NCBI GenBank assembly: GCA_002633005.1
Contig: NMRA01000241.1
Coordinates: 1 to 53,573 of the forward strand
Source: Phoronis australis
Taxonomy: Eukaryota; Animalia; Phoronida
DNA length: 53,573 nucleotides
Reading direction: 5' to 3'
The notes under the pieces are model-generated. The model was not told the origin of the DNA. It worked only from the letters and a program-made list of their open reading frames with translations, and did no database searches. Position 1 is the stretch's first letter; each line of letters opens with the position of its first letter. Below, in pieces: positions 1 to 12,513 of this stretch. The position numbers and the translations under genes were made by a program.

Positions 1-26
1 TGCCGTTGCCGTTGCCGTTGCCGTTC
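1..26. repeat. (GCCGTT)n microsatellite, truncated by the window edge
   Basis: Direct reading: tgccgttgccgttgccgttgccgttc. Confidence 0.9.
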
Positions 27-589
27 AATATCCTTCTTCTGACTGTTGTTTAGTAATCATTCTTAATTTGAGGATTTCTACCTGAATTATCTCGTATTTT
101 AACCAGACTTTGAAGTCAACTACATGCAAGCTTCATTGCAACACGTACCTGTGCTACTCCTTCGTCAATACCTTTACCCGTAACCAGTCTATTTTCGATG
201 TAATAATAGATTTCTTGTAAGTCTTTTTACTTTTGGACCTCTTGTTTTAACAGCACGATGTCGCTCTATTTACATTACGTAATGAAATGCAGTTCGTTGA
301 ATGTTGTTCATAAATATATCCCATGTGCCATTGGTTATTTATGTCATTCAGTGGAATATCTTTCGTCTGAGTTTTGTTTAGTAATCATGCCACATTTGAA
401 GATTTCCATGGCAATCAAGTTGTCTTGAACCCATTTAGAACCTCATGTAAATCACATGTATGCTACATTGCAACATGTACCCGGGCTACTGCTTCGTTGA
501 TATTCAATAGAAATATTTGGATATGAAGTGATATGATCAACTTTATTGCTGAACTATTTTGAATATATGTAACAGTGTAGCATGAAAAA

Positions 590-1360
590 TTCGACTAATC
601 TAATGCTTAAAATAAAACGTACTGAAAGATTTAACAAAGGTTAAGTAATACTGACATCAAAATCGGTATATACATTTTCGTAGAGTCAATTTACAAAACG
701 CGGCATCGAAAGTACATACATCACTGGTATTTTCAAATTTAGAAAACCTATGAAACACTTGAACACATAAAGAGATATTAAACACGTTGAAATTCCATAA
801 ACGGGTAGGGGCTATGTATTGGATCCCAGAAAGAGATAAGCAACTGATTTTTTACAGGGAGACTGCACATATGGAATTTTTTAGTTACAGAGTAAGCGTG
901 AGCATATACTTTTCTTCGTCAACGTGAGATATCATAGTAATTCATAATTATATCACCAAATATTCAATCTCTTGTGCGACCTTTAAAGGTTCACCACAAT
1001 AAAAGCAGTTGTATAATACAGGGCTTCCTAACAATTACTTTCAAAACACATAACAGTACCATCCATTGATATTGATTGAAGTTCTTGGGGTAAAGTTCAA
1101 AAAGACCATCAACTGAGGGTGAGAATAGAACAAGATGATCGGCATACATGAAATTATTGATGTACACAGGAGCTACTACGCAGACAATTCCATGTATATA
1201 GACATTCAAAAGTGAGCCAAGTCCACATTGAAAAGGTTGCCCGATAGTATATCATCTGATCTTACGCCATTTGAATATTTGATGTATTAAATATTAACGG
1301 TGTTGATAGTCACAGGAACCCGGGTCCATCAAATTTGAGGAAGAAATTCCCATTTGTGCT
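590..1360 (-). mobile_element. Degenerate non-LTR retrotransposon RT fragment (RTE-X-like)
   Basis: Minus-strand translation gives SNGVRSDDILSGNLFNV (decayed GVRQGGILSPxLFN), INNFMYADHLVLFSPS (decayed YADD) and IYAHANSVTKKFHMCS, broken by frameshifts. Boundaries are approximate. Confidence 0.7.
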
Positions 1361-3556
1361 TATTAAAATGACACCATTCGACTTTTAGACTCCATTTTCA
1401 AGCGTGTTAGAGGTACTGCAGGAAATTTGGTGCAGTGCAACTGGTTGTAACGCCGTGGTCCCGCATGTTAATGATAGACAACTCAATCAAAGTCCAAATG
1501 GCAGTCACTGAAATTAGGACTTGAAAACCTTCAGAGTGTAGAGATGTACCTTATTCATACTAATAAAGTATGAAACCCCAGAAATATTAGCTTACCATAT
1601 GATCTGAATTGAATACTATAAGTGAGAAAGAGTGTGGGCAGAAGGTATGACATCACAGTATTCATGGGTACGAATGTTTGCAAGTTCGAAAATCCATATG
1701 TCCTAAGGTACACACAAAAGTCCTAAAGTCCATTAACTTTAAAGTTATAATGTTGAACTTTCATGACACGAGAGTTTTTGAGCAGGTGCTTGCTTGAAAC
1801 CAGTTCCTGGAAGAACCGGTGCCTCTGGAAAGAATCCAAGCAAAGTCCAGCTATGTGCACCAAGCTGTCACTTTTATTCTTATTTTAAATTTTTGCTTTA
1901 ACATCAAACTACAATCCTGTTGCTCCACTGTTGTCGACATTGAATCGCTGGTTTCTGGTCTCATAGCTCTTCGAACTGGACTAGAACTGACTAGCTCTCT
2001 GCTACGACGGATTAGTGATCCTTAGGCATGACAGGTCAATAAACATTTTCTTTGTTATATTATGTGTGTTATGACGTGAGAGCCTTCAGAGCTTTGATCT
2101 GTACACTATTCATACCAGTGCATTATGAAACGCAAGCAACGTTAGTTTATCATCATCATTTTCGTCTTAAAGACTTCTTCCGTTTTGGTTATCCAAGGGT
2201 TCCAAAGTAACGTTTGGGAATGGGTATGGCGTGTACATAGACAAAAACGTATATGATTTACAAACAGCAAAATTACGTGTTTTCACTTTGCTACTCAAAT
2301 GTTAATTGAAATTTTTTGTCCATAGCCCGACAGAAATCAAAAACTGGAGCCACTGCTTGGCTCCATCTGGTTGTGACATCTGCAAAGGATATCAAATTAC
2401 AACATTCACTATGCATTTTGAGGTCTTGAACGTCATTTGGGTTCATTCGTGTTTTCTTTCTTAATAAATTAGGGCTTATGTTAATATGTTAGTCCAAGTG
2501 TTAGTCGGGATTAGAAAGAACGTTAGCATCAACGCCAAAGAACCAGCAAGAAACGAAACAAAATGTCTATTCCTAGAGAATGATAAGACATTTGATAGAA
2601 GGGCAGATTTATCTATTGACATAAATGTGCCTCATCACAACCAAAACATCAATACATTAGGAGAACCCTGGTTGCATGCAAAATCCACCAAACTCTTTAA
2701 AAAAGTATTACAATGACATGGACACCCCACTGGCTTCAAGCAGGTTGAGAACTATAACTGCAATAGTCGGCAAGGCCAAAAGCTTACAAAAAACGAAAGG
2801 TAAACATCTTCATCGTTCTTCATGTAACGGGTAAAACACAATCTCTTTAGCTCACAGGCGGTGGTGGCAAGGACAGGGTCGTACTTATTCAGTTCCTGTA
2901 TGACCCCGGAAAAACGTATACATTACTTTCAGGTTTAAAATTTATATCTCAGAGAGAATTTTGGGATTGATGTAAAACTTTCAAATGCTACGATTTAAAC
3001 ATCGTTCAAAAAACAAAAATCAAATAATCATATTTTAAAATATTAACAGAATATCTGAGATCAATTCAGAAACAATTTCTACTAAATTATATCTTGTTCT
3101 TGATACGGTGCCTTTGTTTTTTACAAAATTTTACGGCTTTTGAGAGACTTTGTGCAGAAACCAAGTGTGAAACGTTGTACTTGAATAAAGACAGATGCCT
3201 GAATAACAGGCGAGTAGATTTTCACATCATTTTACCCAAATAAAACAAGTGTTCGGTGAATTTTTGAAGGCTCAAAGTACAAACAAGTAGTGGAATCATG
3301 TAATTTTCATGAGGTTTACAGCTGGTCAGCACCATACCTTTTGGATTTGTTATCGTGTATGTGGTACTGCAGTGCCCTTGGTACACTGCTACTGTTCTCA
3401 AAGTCAGATCCTGTATGTCAATGCTATTCCGGTCAGCCAAAATCCAGTAGTTCGACGAAAGGCCAAGTCCCTAAAAATCTATAATAAGCTTCAAAGGAAG
3501 ACAACGCCTTGGAGGCGAATAACCCATATGATCTGAATTGAAAACTACAATTGAGA

Positions 3557-4776
3557 ACTAGAAAGATTATTGTCACGGCGTGACAATAACGGACTCTGCG
3601 CGTGCGTATTACTGGAATTATTATGGGAAGTTTCTGACAGCAACCCGTTTACAAATATGAAAAGGAGTTCTTTAAAATTGTAGGAGAAATTACATATTAA
3701 TTTTTTGATGACCTTTCCACTAATTGACCTCTTCTGGTGCATTATGAGCCCCGATGAGGGAGTAATTGTTAACTCGATTAAAAGTGTAGTTAATGCTAAA
3801 AATCACTGATGTTTTACTTTAAGCACTTCAAAATACAAGATGAAAAGAAGAAAAATGCACATAATGACCCCATGGGTGCACCAAATGACCTGAAAATTTA
3901 GAATTCAAACTCAATTGCATTTACTAAACACATATGTAATTTTGAAGTCTCTAGCTCAAAATTTTAGTTTGCACTCAGTGACTTTTGACCTATTTTTTCT
4001 GATTGGTTAGGCCTATTGCGAAGTAAAGTAGGGTATTCAATTGGCATGTTGACTTACACCAGTGTGCTGAAATTGAAAACAATTCCTTGAAAAACGCAAG
4101 AGATATAACATTTTGAACGTTACATGACCTTTGCACTAATTGACCCTACCCGGTGCATTATAAGCGTCTTTAGGAGAATTATTGCAAAGCCCAAAAAATG
4201 TGTTTAATGCTGAGAATCACAGTTGTCTAACGGTTGACACATCAGAATACTTGCTGATTGAACAGTTCAAGTTTTCAGGAGAAAAATGCACCTAATGACC
4301 CCATGTTTGCACTAAATGACCTGAAAATTTGGATTCCAAATTGAATTACCTGTGCCAATCAAACCTGTCAATTTGAAGTGTCTAGCTCAAAATTTTAGTT
4401 TGCATGTAATGACCTTTGATCTATTTTACCTGATCAGATGACCAGATTACTTAGAAAAGTAATTTTTTTAAATTGCCTTTTTGACTTATACCTGTGCACC
4501 AAATTTGAAAATAGCTTTAAAAATTAAGAAGTAGCATTTTGAAAATTACATGATCTTTGCACCAAATGACCTCTTCCGGTGCAATATGGAATATGATTAA
4601 AAACGAATCAAAATTTATGTACTGCCAAAAATCACATACAGAATTTAAAGAACATACCTGCACCCATTTTGGAATTATTAAGCCTCAAAGGTGGTCGGAA
4701 GAAGAATAAGAATGAGAATAAAATTGAAGAAAACCCAGGAACAACAGTACTCTGCGCTTGTACGCTTAGAGTAGCT
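3557..4776. mobile_element. Non-autonomous Helentron-associated (HINE/pearl-like) element with internal ~420-bp tandem repeats
   Basis: Interrupts the array unit between ...TTGAGAA and AGTGTGCGCAGAAG. Has a subterminal palindrome TTATTGTCACGGCGTGACAATAA and ACTCTGCGC near both ends. Internal repeats start near 3708, 4123 and 4550. A GAA/AAT-rich tract and a hairpin lie at the right end. Family assignment is by architecture only. Confidence 0.6.
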
Positions 4777-7700
4777 AGTGTGCGCAGAAGTTGCGAAATC
4801 ACCATATTCATGGGTCCGAATGTTTGCAAGTCCAAAAATTCACACAAGTACTAAAGTCTCTTAGTTCGACGTTCATGACACGAGGTTCTGAACAGTGGTA
4901 AATAAATGAGAGTTTTGAGCAGGTGTTTGCTTGAAACCAGTTCCTGGAAGAACCGGTTCTTCTAGATAGAGTCCAAGCAAAGTTCAGTTATGTGCCCTGA
5001 GCTGTCGCTTTAAATCATATTTTAAATTTTGTCTTAACTGCACTACAGTTTGTTGCTCCGCTGTTGTTTACATTGATCAATGGTTTCTGGTCTCATACAT
5101 CTTCGAACTACAATCGAACTAACTAGTTCCAGTCTATGACGGATTTGTGAACGTTCGAGATGACAGGTCAATTCTAAAAACTTTTCTTTGTTATATTATT
5201 TGTGTCATGACTTGAGAACCTTCAGAGCTTCGAGATGTACCATTTTAATACTAGTGCAGTATGAAACGCAAGCAACGTTAGTTTACCTTCATTATTTTCG
5301 TCTTAAAGAGTTCTTCTTACGTTTTGGTTATCCAATGGTTGCAGCGTAACTTTTGGGAATGGGTATGGCGTGCAAGTAGACAATAACGTGTATTAATATA
5401 ATTTACAATTACCCGTTTTCAATTTGCTACCCATATGTTAATTGAATTTTTTCCCTAGCCAGGCAGAAATAGGTCACGGAAGCCACTGCTCGGCTCCATC
5501 TGGTTGTGACATTCTCAAAGGATATCCAATAACACCATTTACTAGGCATGTTGAGAACTTGAACGTCATTTTGATTCATTCGAGCTGTCTTTCTTGTTAT
5601 GTTAGGGCTTGTGTTAATATGTTAGTCCAAGTGTTAGTCGGGATTAAAAAGAACGTTATCATCAACGCGACAGAACCAGCAAGACATGCAACAAAATGTC
5701 TAGTCCTAGAGAATGATAATACATTTGATAGAAGTGCAGATTTATCCATTGACATAACTGTACGATACCACGACGCAAACTTTAATACATCAGGAGAGCC
5801 CAGACTACAAGGAAAATGCATCAAACACTTGAAAAATCTATTTCAATGGCATGGACACAACATTGTTTTTTCGCAGGTGGAGAACTATAACTGCGAGTAT
5901 CGACAAAGTCAAAAGCTTTCCAATAACGAAAGATGAACACCTTTATCATCCTTCATAGAAAGGGTAAGACAGCCTGTCTTTGACTAACTGGCGGTGGTGG
6001 CGAGGTCAGTGTCGTGCTGGTTCAGTTCCTGCAAGACACCGGAAACACGTATACATTTCTCTAACTTCTAAATTGATATCTAAGAGGGAACTGTTTATAC
6101 TTAAGTATAACTTTCAATTGTCATGATTCAAAACACCGTTCACGAAACGAAAATCAAATGATCATCTATTAATGTATTAACAGGGTTTCTGAAATCACTT
6201 CAGGAACACTTTCTCAAATTAAACTCTATCTTGTTATTGATGCGGTGCCTTTTTGTTTTTATTAAATTTTACATTTTTTTTAACAAAGGACGTTATTACA
6301 TCCGAAAATTTCAGTTGTTCCATTCTTGTTGTTTTATTTACCTATTTATATTCTACATTTCGTGAAACAATAGTATCCTTGGAGGATCTGGATCGCCTTA
6401 TTTAGTTTCACACTTATTTTCTACAGTTTTTGAGAAACTTTGAGTTGAAACCAATAGCGAAGCAGTGTACATGAACAAAGACAGATGCGTGAATGCCTGG
6501 CGAATAGATTTTCACATCATTTTGCAAACCAATCAAGTGTTCGGTGAAGTTTTGAAGGCTCAAAAAACACCCAAGCATTCGAAACATATAGCTGTCAAGA
6601 GGTTTACAGCTGATCAGCAACATATCTTTTGGAATTGATATCTTTCATGTAAGTGGTACTGCAGCGCCTTTGGTACACTGTCACTGTTCGCAAAGTCAGA
6701 TCCTGCCTGCTAATGCTATCCCTGTCAGCCAAAATCCAGAAGTTCCACGAAAGGCCAAGTATCTACAAGTCTATACATTCAGCTGCAAACGAAGTCAACA
6801 CCCTGAAAGTGAAAAACCCTCATTATCTGAATTAAAAACTACAACTGAGAAGGAGTGTGCGCAGAAGGTGTGTATTCATGGGTTCGAACCTTTGAAAGTC
6901 CAAAAATCCATATCTCCTGAGGTACACACAAGTCTTAAAGTCTTTTAGGTCGGAAGTTAAAATGTTGAACGTTCACGACAAGAAGTTCTGAATAGTGATT
7001 TCGAGCAAAATGTTCGAGAGGATTTGAGCAGGTTTTTGTTTGAAACCAGTTCCTGGAAGAACCAGTTCCTCTGGACAGAGTTCAAGCAAAGTTCAGCAAT
7101 GTGCCCTGAGCTGTGGGTTTCATTCATATTTTAAATTTTGGCTTCCCCGCACTACAATTTTGTTGCTCAGTTGTTGTTGTTGATATTGAATCAATGGTTT
7201 CTGGTCTCAAAAATCTTCCAACTACATTCGAGCTAACTAGCTTCGGTCTATGGCGGATTTGTGAACCTTCGACACGATAGGTCAATTTTAAAGACATTTC
7301 TTTGTTATAGTATGTGTGTCATGACTTGAGAAACTTCAGAGCTTCGAGCTATACCCTATTCAAACTAGTGCAGTATGAAACGCAAACAACGTTAATTTAC
7401 CTTCATGATTTTCGTCTTAAAGACTTCTTCCGTTTTGGTTATCAGTTGGTCGCAGTGTAACGTTTGGGAATGGGTATAGCGTGTAAATAGAAAAATGTGT
7501 ACTAAAATAATTTACAAACAATCGGCAAAATTACCTGTTTTCAATTTGCTACTCAGATGTTAATTGAAAAATTTTTATCCCTAGCTCGGAAGAAATCGGT
7601 CACGGGAGCCACAGCGCGGATCCATCTGGTAGTGACATCTGTAAAGAATATCAAAAAAACACCGTTCACTATGCATTTTGAGATATTGAACGACATTTGG

Positions 7701-8521
7701 GCTCATTCGTGCTGTCTTACTTGTTATTATAGCGTTGTTTTAATATGTTAGTTTAAATGTTAGTCAGGCCTAGAAAGAACGTTATCATCAGCGCAAAGGA
7801 ACCAGCATGAAATGAAACAAAATTTCTAATCCTAGAGAATGATAATATATTTGATAGAAGAGCAGGCTTATCTATTGACATAACTTTACGTCATCACGAC
7901 CCAAACATTAATACATTAGGAGAGCCCAGAGTACAAGAAAAATATACCAAACACTTTAAAAAATCTCTTACAATGACATGGACACCACAGGTGGAAAACT
8001 ATAACTGCAAGTGTCTGCAAGAACAAGCGCTAACCAATAATGAAAAGTAGATACCTTTATTGTCCTTCATGTAAAGGGTAAGACAGCATCTCTTTGGCTC
8101 AGTGGCGGTGGGGGCTAGGTCAGAGTCGTGATGGTTCTATTCCTGTATGACCCTGGAAACATTTATGCATTTCTCCAAGTTTTAAAATTGATATCTCATT
8201 GGGAACTCTTTAGATTGATATAAAACTTTCAAATGTTATGATTTAAACACCGTTCACAAAACTAAAATCAAATGATCATGTATTAATGTATTAACAGGGT
8301 TTCTGAAATCACTTCAGAGAGGCTTTCATCAAGCTAAACTGTATCTTGTTATTCATGCGGTGAGTTTGTATTATTGCTGAATTTTACAGCTTTTGAGAGA
8401 CTTTATGCTGTAACCAAGTGTGAAACAGTGTATATGAACAAAGACAGATACCTGAAAGGCTGGCGAGTAGATTTCCATGTCATTTCCCAAAGAAACAAGT
8501 GTCTGATGAAATTTTGAAGGC

Positions 8522-8750
8522 GGGCACGTCGCCAGAGCACAGGACAACAGATGAACAAAAAGATGCACAGAGTGGAAACCCAGATATGGAAAGAGATCAA
8601 GAGGATGGCCCCAAGCCAGATGGAGAGATGACATCGTGAAGACAAGAGGCACAACGTGGATGAGAGCCTCAAGAGACAGAACAACTTGGAAGGCACTGTC
8701 GGATGGCTATATCCTGCAGTGGATGGACAATGCCTGAGTCAGAGTCAGAG
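8522..8750 (+). mobile_element. 5'-truncated RTE-clade LINE 3' end
   Basis: Translates GHVARAQDNR*TKRCTEWKPRYGKRSRGWPQARWRDDIVK...DRTTWKAL...YILQW, the typical RTE C-terminus, followed by a (GAGTCA)n tail. Interrupts host GAAGGC|TCAAAGAAC. Confidence 0.9.
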
Positions 8751-11700
8751 TCAAAGAACACCCAAGCAGTCGAAACATGTAACATTCATAAGCTTTACAG
8801 CTGATCAGCACCATACCTTTTGGAATTGATATGATTCATGTAAGTGGTACTGCGGCACCCATGGTTCACTGTCCTTGTCCGTATCTCCTGAGGTACACGC
8901 AAGTCCAAATGTCCATTACTTCGAAAGTTAAAATGTTGAACATTCATGACACGAGGTTCTAAACAGTGACTTCGAGGAAATGTTCAATAGTATTCGAGAA
9001 GGCGCCTGCTTTGAACCAGTTCCTAGAAGAACCGGTGCCTCTGGAAAAATCCTAGCAAAGCTCAATAATGTGCACTGAATTGTCTTTTTTAAATTTGAAA
9101 TTTTAAATTTATTGCTTAACACCCCACTATGATTTTTGCACCACTGTTGTCGACTTTGAATAACTGGTTTCTGGTCTCATAGATCTTCGAACTAGATTCC
9201 AACCAACTAGTTATCCTCCATGACGGATTTTTCAACCTACGGCATGACTGCGTAATTTTTTTTCTTTCATGTAGTATGTGTGTTATGACTTGAGAACCTT
9301 CAGAGTGTCGAGCTGTACCCTATTTATACATTTTCTTCTTATAGACTTCTTCTTCCGTATTGGTTATCCAATGGTTTCAGCGTAACGTTGGGGAATGGGT
9401 ATAGCGTATAAATAGACAAAAAACGTGTATTAATATAATTTACAAACAATATGAAAATTACCTGTTTCAATTTGCTACTCGGATGCTAAATGAATAATTT
9501 TTGTTCCTAGTCCGGCAGAAATGGATCACGGGAACCACTGCTCGGCTCCAACGCGTTGTGGCATCTGCAATGCATATCAAATAACACCATTCATCATGCA
9601 CTTTGAGAAATTGGACGTCATTTGGGTTCATTCGTGTTTACCTTCTTGCTATGTTAAGGCTTGTGTTAGAATGATAGTGCAAGTGTTAGTCCAGATTAGA
9701 AACAACGTAAACGTCACCGCGAAAGAACCACCATGAAATTAATTAAAAGGTCTAGTTCTAGAGAATTATAATACATTTGATAGATGGCCAGGTCAATCCA
9801 TGGGAATAAATGCACGCTATCACTACCCAAACATTAATATAATAGGAGGAACCAATGACAGCATCTCTTTGGTTCACTGCCGGTGGTGGCGAGGTTTGTT
9901 TCGTGCTTGTCTAGTTCCTGTTTGACCTTGGAAAAACGGATCCATTGCTTTAAGTTACGCATACAACGTTGGCTTACCTTCATCATTTTCATCCTAAATT
10001 CTTCGTCTTTGTTTTGGTTTTCAAATGGTTACAGTGTAACATTGGGAATGGGTATAGCGTGTAAATAGCCAAAAAACGTATATTCATATAATTTACAAAC
10101 AATCAGCAAATTACCCGTTTTGCTAATCGGATGCAAAATGAATAATTTTTGTCCCCATCCCGGCAGAAATGGGTCACGGGAACCACTGCTCGCCTCCAAC
10201 GCGTTGTGGTTTCTGCAATGCATATCAATTAACACCATTCATCATGCACTTTAAGAAATTGAACGTCATTTGGGTTCATTCGTGTTGACTTTCTTGGTGT
10301 GGACTTGTGTGAGTATGTTTGTTCAAGGGTTAGACAAGATTAGAAAGAATGTCTGCGTCACCACGAAAGAACCACCAACAAATGAAACAAAAGGTTTAGT
10401 CGTGGAGAAAATTACATGTGATAGATTGTCATATCTATCCATTGGAATAACTGTACGTCATCACAACCCAAACTTTAATACATTACGAGAACCCAGACTG
10501 CAACCAAAATACAGAAAACACTATAAAATCTATAATTACAAAGAATGAACACCGCTTTGTTTCTCGCAGGTAGAGAACTGTAACTGCAAGTGTTGGCGAC
10601 TCCAAAACCGTACCAATAACGAAAGGAAAGCACCTTTATTGTCCTTCATGTAACGGCTAAGACATCATCTCTTTGGTTCACTGATGGTGTTGGCGAGGTT
10701 AGTTTCGTGGTTGTTCAGTTCCTGCTTCACCCTGGAAAAACGTATCCATTTCTTTAAGTTTTAAAATTTGTAACTCAGAGAGAACTGTTCAGAATTAAGT
10801 GAATCTTTCAGTTGCTATGATTCAATTACCGTTCACAAAACGAAAGCCAATTGATCATATTTTAAAATATTAATAGGTTTTCTGAGATCAATTCAGGAAC
10901 ACTTTCATCAACTTAAATTCTCTCTTGTTTTTGATACGGTGCTTTTTTTGTTTTTTTTTTGCTATACTTTACGGTTTTTGAGAGACTTTGTGTGAAAAGG
11001 CGTACATGAACAAAGACAGATGCCTAAATGCGTGGCGAGTAGATTTTCACTTCATTTGTCCAGATCAAACCATTGTTGGGTGAAATTTGAAGGCTCAAAG
11101 AACACCCATGCAGTTGAAAAATGTAACTTTCAGGAGGTTTGCAATTGATCAGCTCTATACCTTTTGGATTTGATATCATTTATGTAAGTGGTGCTGCAGT
11201 GCCCTTGGTAAGCTCTCACTGTTCTCGATGTCCGATCCCAGATGTTAATGCTGCACTGGCCAACCAAAGTCCAAAAGTTCGACGAAAGGCAAAGTCCCTA
11301 AAAAATCTGCAATAAGGTTCAAACGAAGTCAACACCCTGGAAGTGAACAACCGATATGATCTGAATTGAACACTATAAGTAAGAAAGAGTTTGGGCATAC
11401 TATGAAATCACGAGATCAATGGGTCCGAATGTTTGCAAGTCCAAAAATCCATATTTCCTCAGTTATACACAAGTCCTAAAGTCCAATAATTCGAAATTTA
11501 AAATGTTAAACTTTCGTGACACGAGGTTCTTAAATGTGACTTCGAGCAAAATATTCGAAAGTATTTGTGCAGGTGCCTGCTTGAAACCACTTCCTGGAAG
11601 AACCGGTTCCTCTGGAAAGAATCCAAGCAAAGCTCAGCAACCTGCACTGAACTATGGCTTCTATTTTTATTCATAGTTTTTTGGTTTACCCCCACTACAA

Positions 11701-12042
11701 CTTTGTTGCTTCACTGTTGTTGACTTTGAATCACTGGTTTCTGGTCTCATAGATCTTAGAACTAGATTCGAACTAACTAGCTCTCGACTATGACGGATTT
11801 TTGAACTTTTATCATGACAGGGCAATTATAAAAACCTTTTCTTTGTCATATCATGGGTGTTATGACTTGAGAAATTTCAGAGTGTAGCGCTGTGCCCTTT
11901 TTATACAAGTGCAGTATGAAACGCATGCAACGTTATTTTATCTTCATCATTTCCTTCTTAAAGACTTCTTCCGTTTTGATTACTCAATGGTTGCAGAGTA
12001 ACGTTGGGGGATGGGCATGGCGTGTAAATAGACAAAATGGTA

Positions 12043-12513
12043 TCTATTATTTAAAATGCCTCGTTTGCACAAACTCCGTCTCTACCGCTTCACTACAGAC
12101 CTTCGTTGTGCCTGTTTCGGAACCGCCTTGGTCCCAAGGTATTGCACAGGCCCCCTATTTGGATTCGAGGTTTTCTATTTTTTCTCGCGGGCCTTTTTTG
12201 GCGGACGCGGAAGGAGGGTGGCCAGTTTCGTACTGGTAGTTTTCACTTTAAAGAATATCTGATTACTGTACTTTGTGTTACGGCAGCGTCAAATGTTCTG
12301 GAAAGAAACTAGTAATGCCTGGAGAAAAAATCCCACAGCCGCACACCTTGCCTACTAAAATCTGACAGCTGAAATTCTGCTTGAAGCTTTGAACACGGCC
12401 TTTCAAGAAGTATTCTTGTCTCTTGTGATGAACACTGATGCTCACTCTTAGGAGTATCTAGATGTATTTCCCTCGGCGCTTCCCATTGGGGCAAAAGCAC
12501 GGGTAACGGCTAG
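12043..12513 (+). mobile_element. Non-autonomous Helitron
   Basis: Starts TC, ends CTAG, and is inserted between host A and T with no TSD. A GC-rich stem-loop ending GCACGGG lies just upstream of the 3' CTAG. The array sequence resumes exactly after it. Confidence 0.85.

Noticed and set aside
2340-2460. Integrase-like look of minus-strand LISFADVTTRWSQAVAP
   Set aside because: No upstream catalytic D motif or downstream D(35)E could be traced. The resemblance may be chance.
5442-5936. 164-aa plus-strand ORF and its paralogues (MLVQVLVGIRKNV...) in the array
   Set aside because: Stops and frameshifts differ among units and I recognise no domain. Not supportable as genes.
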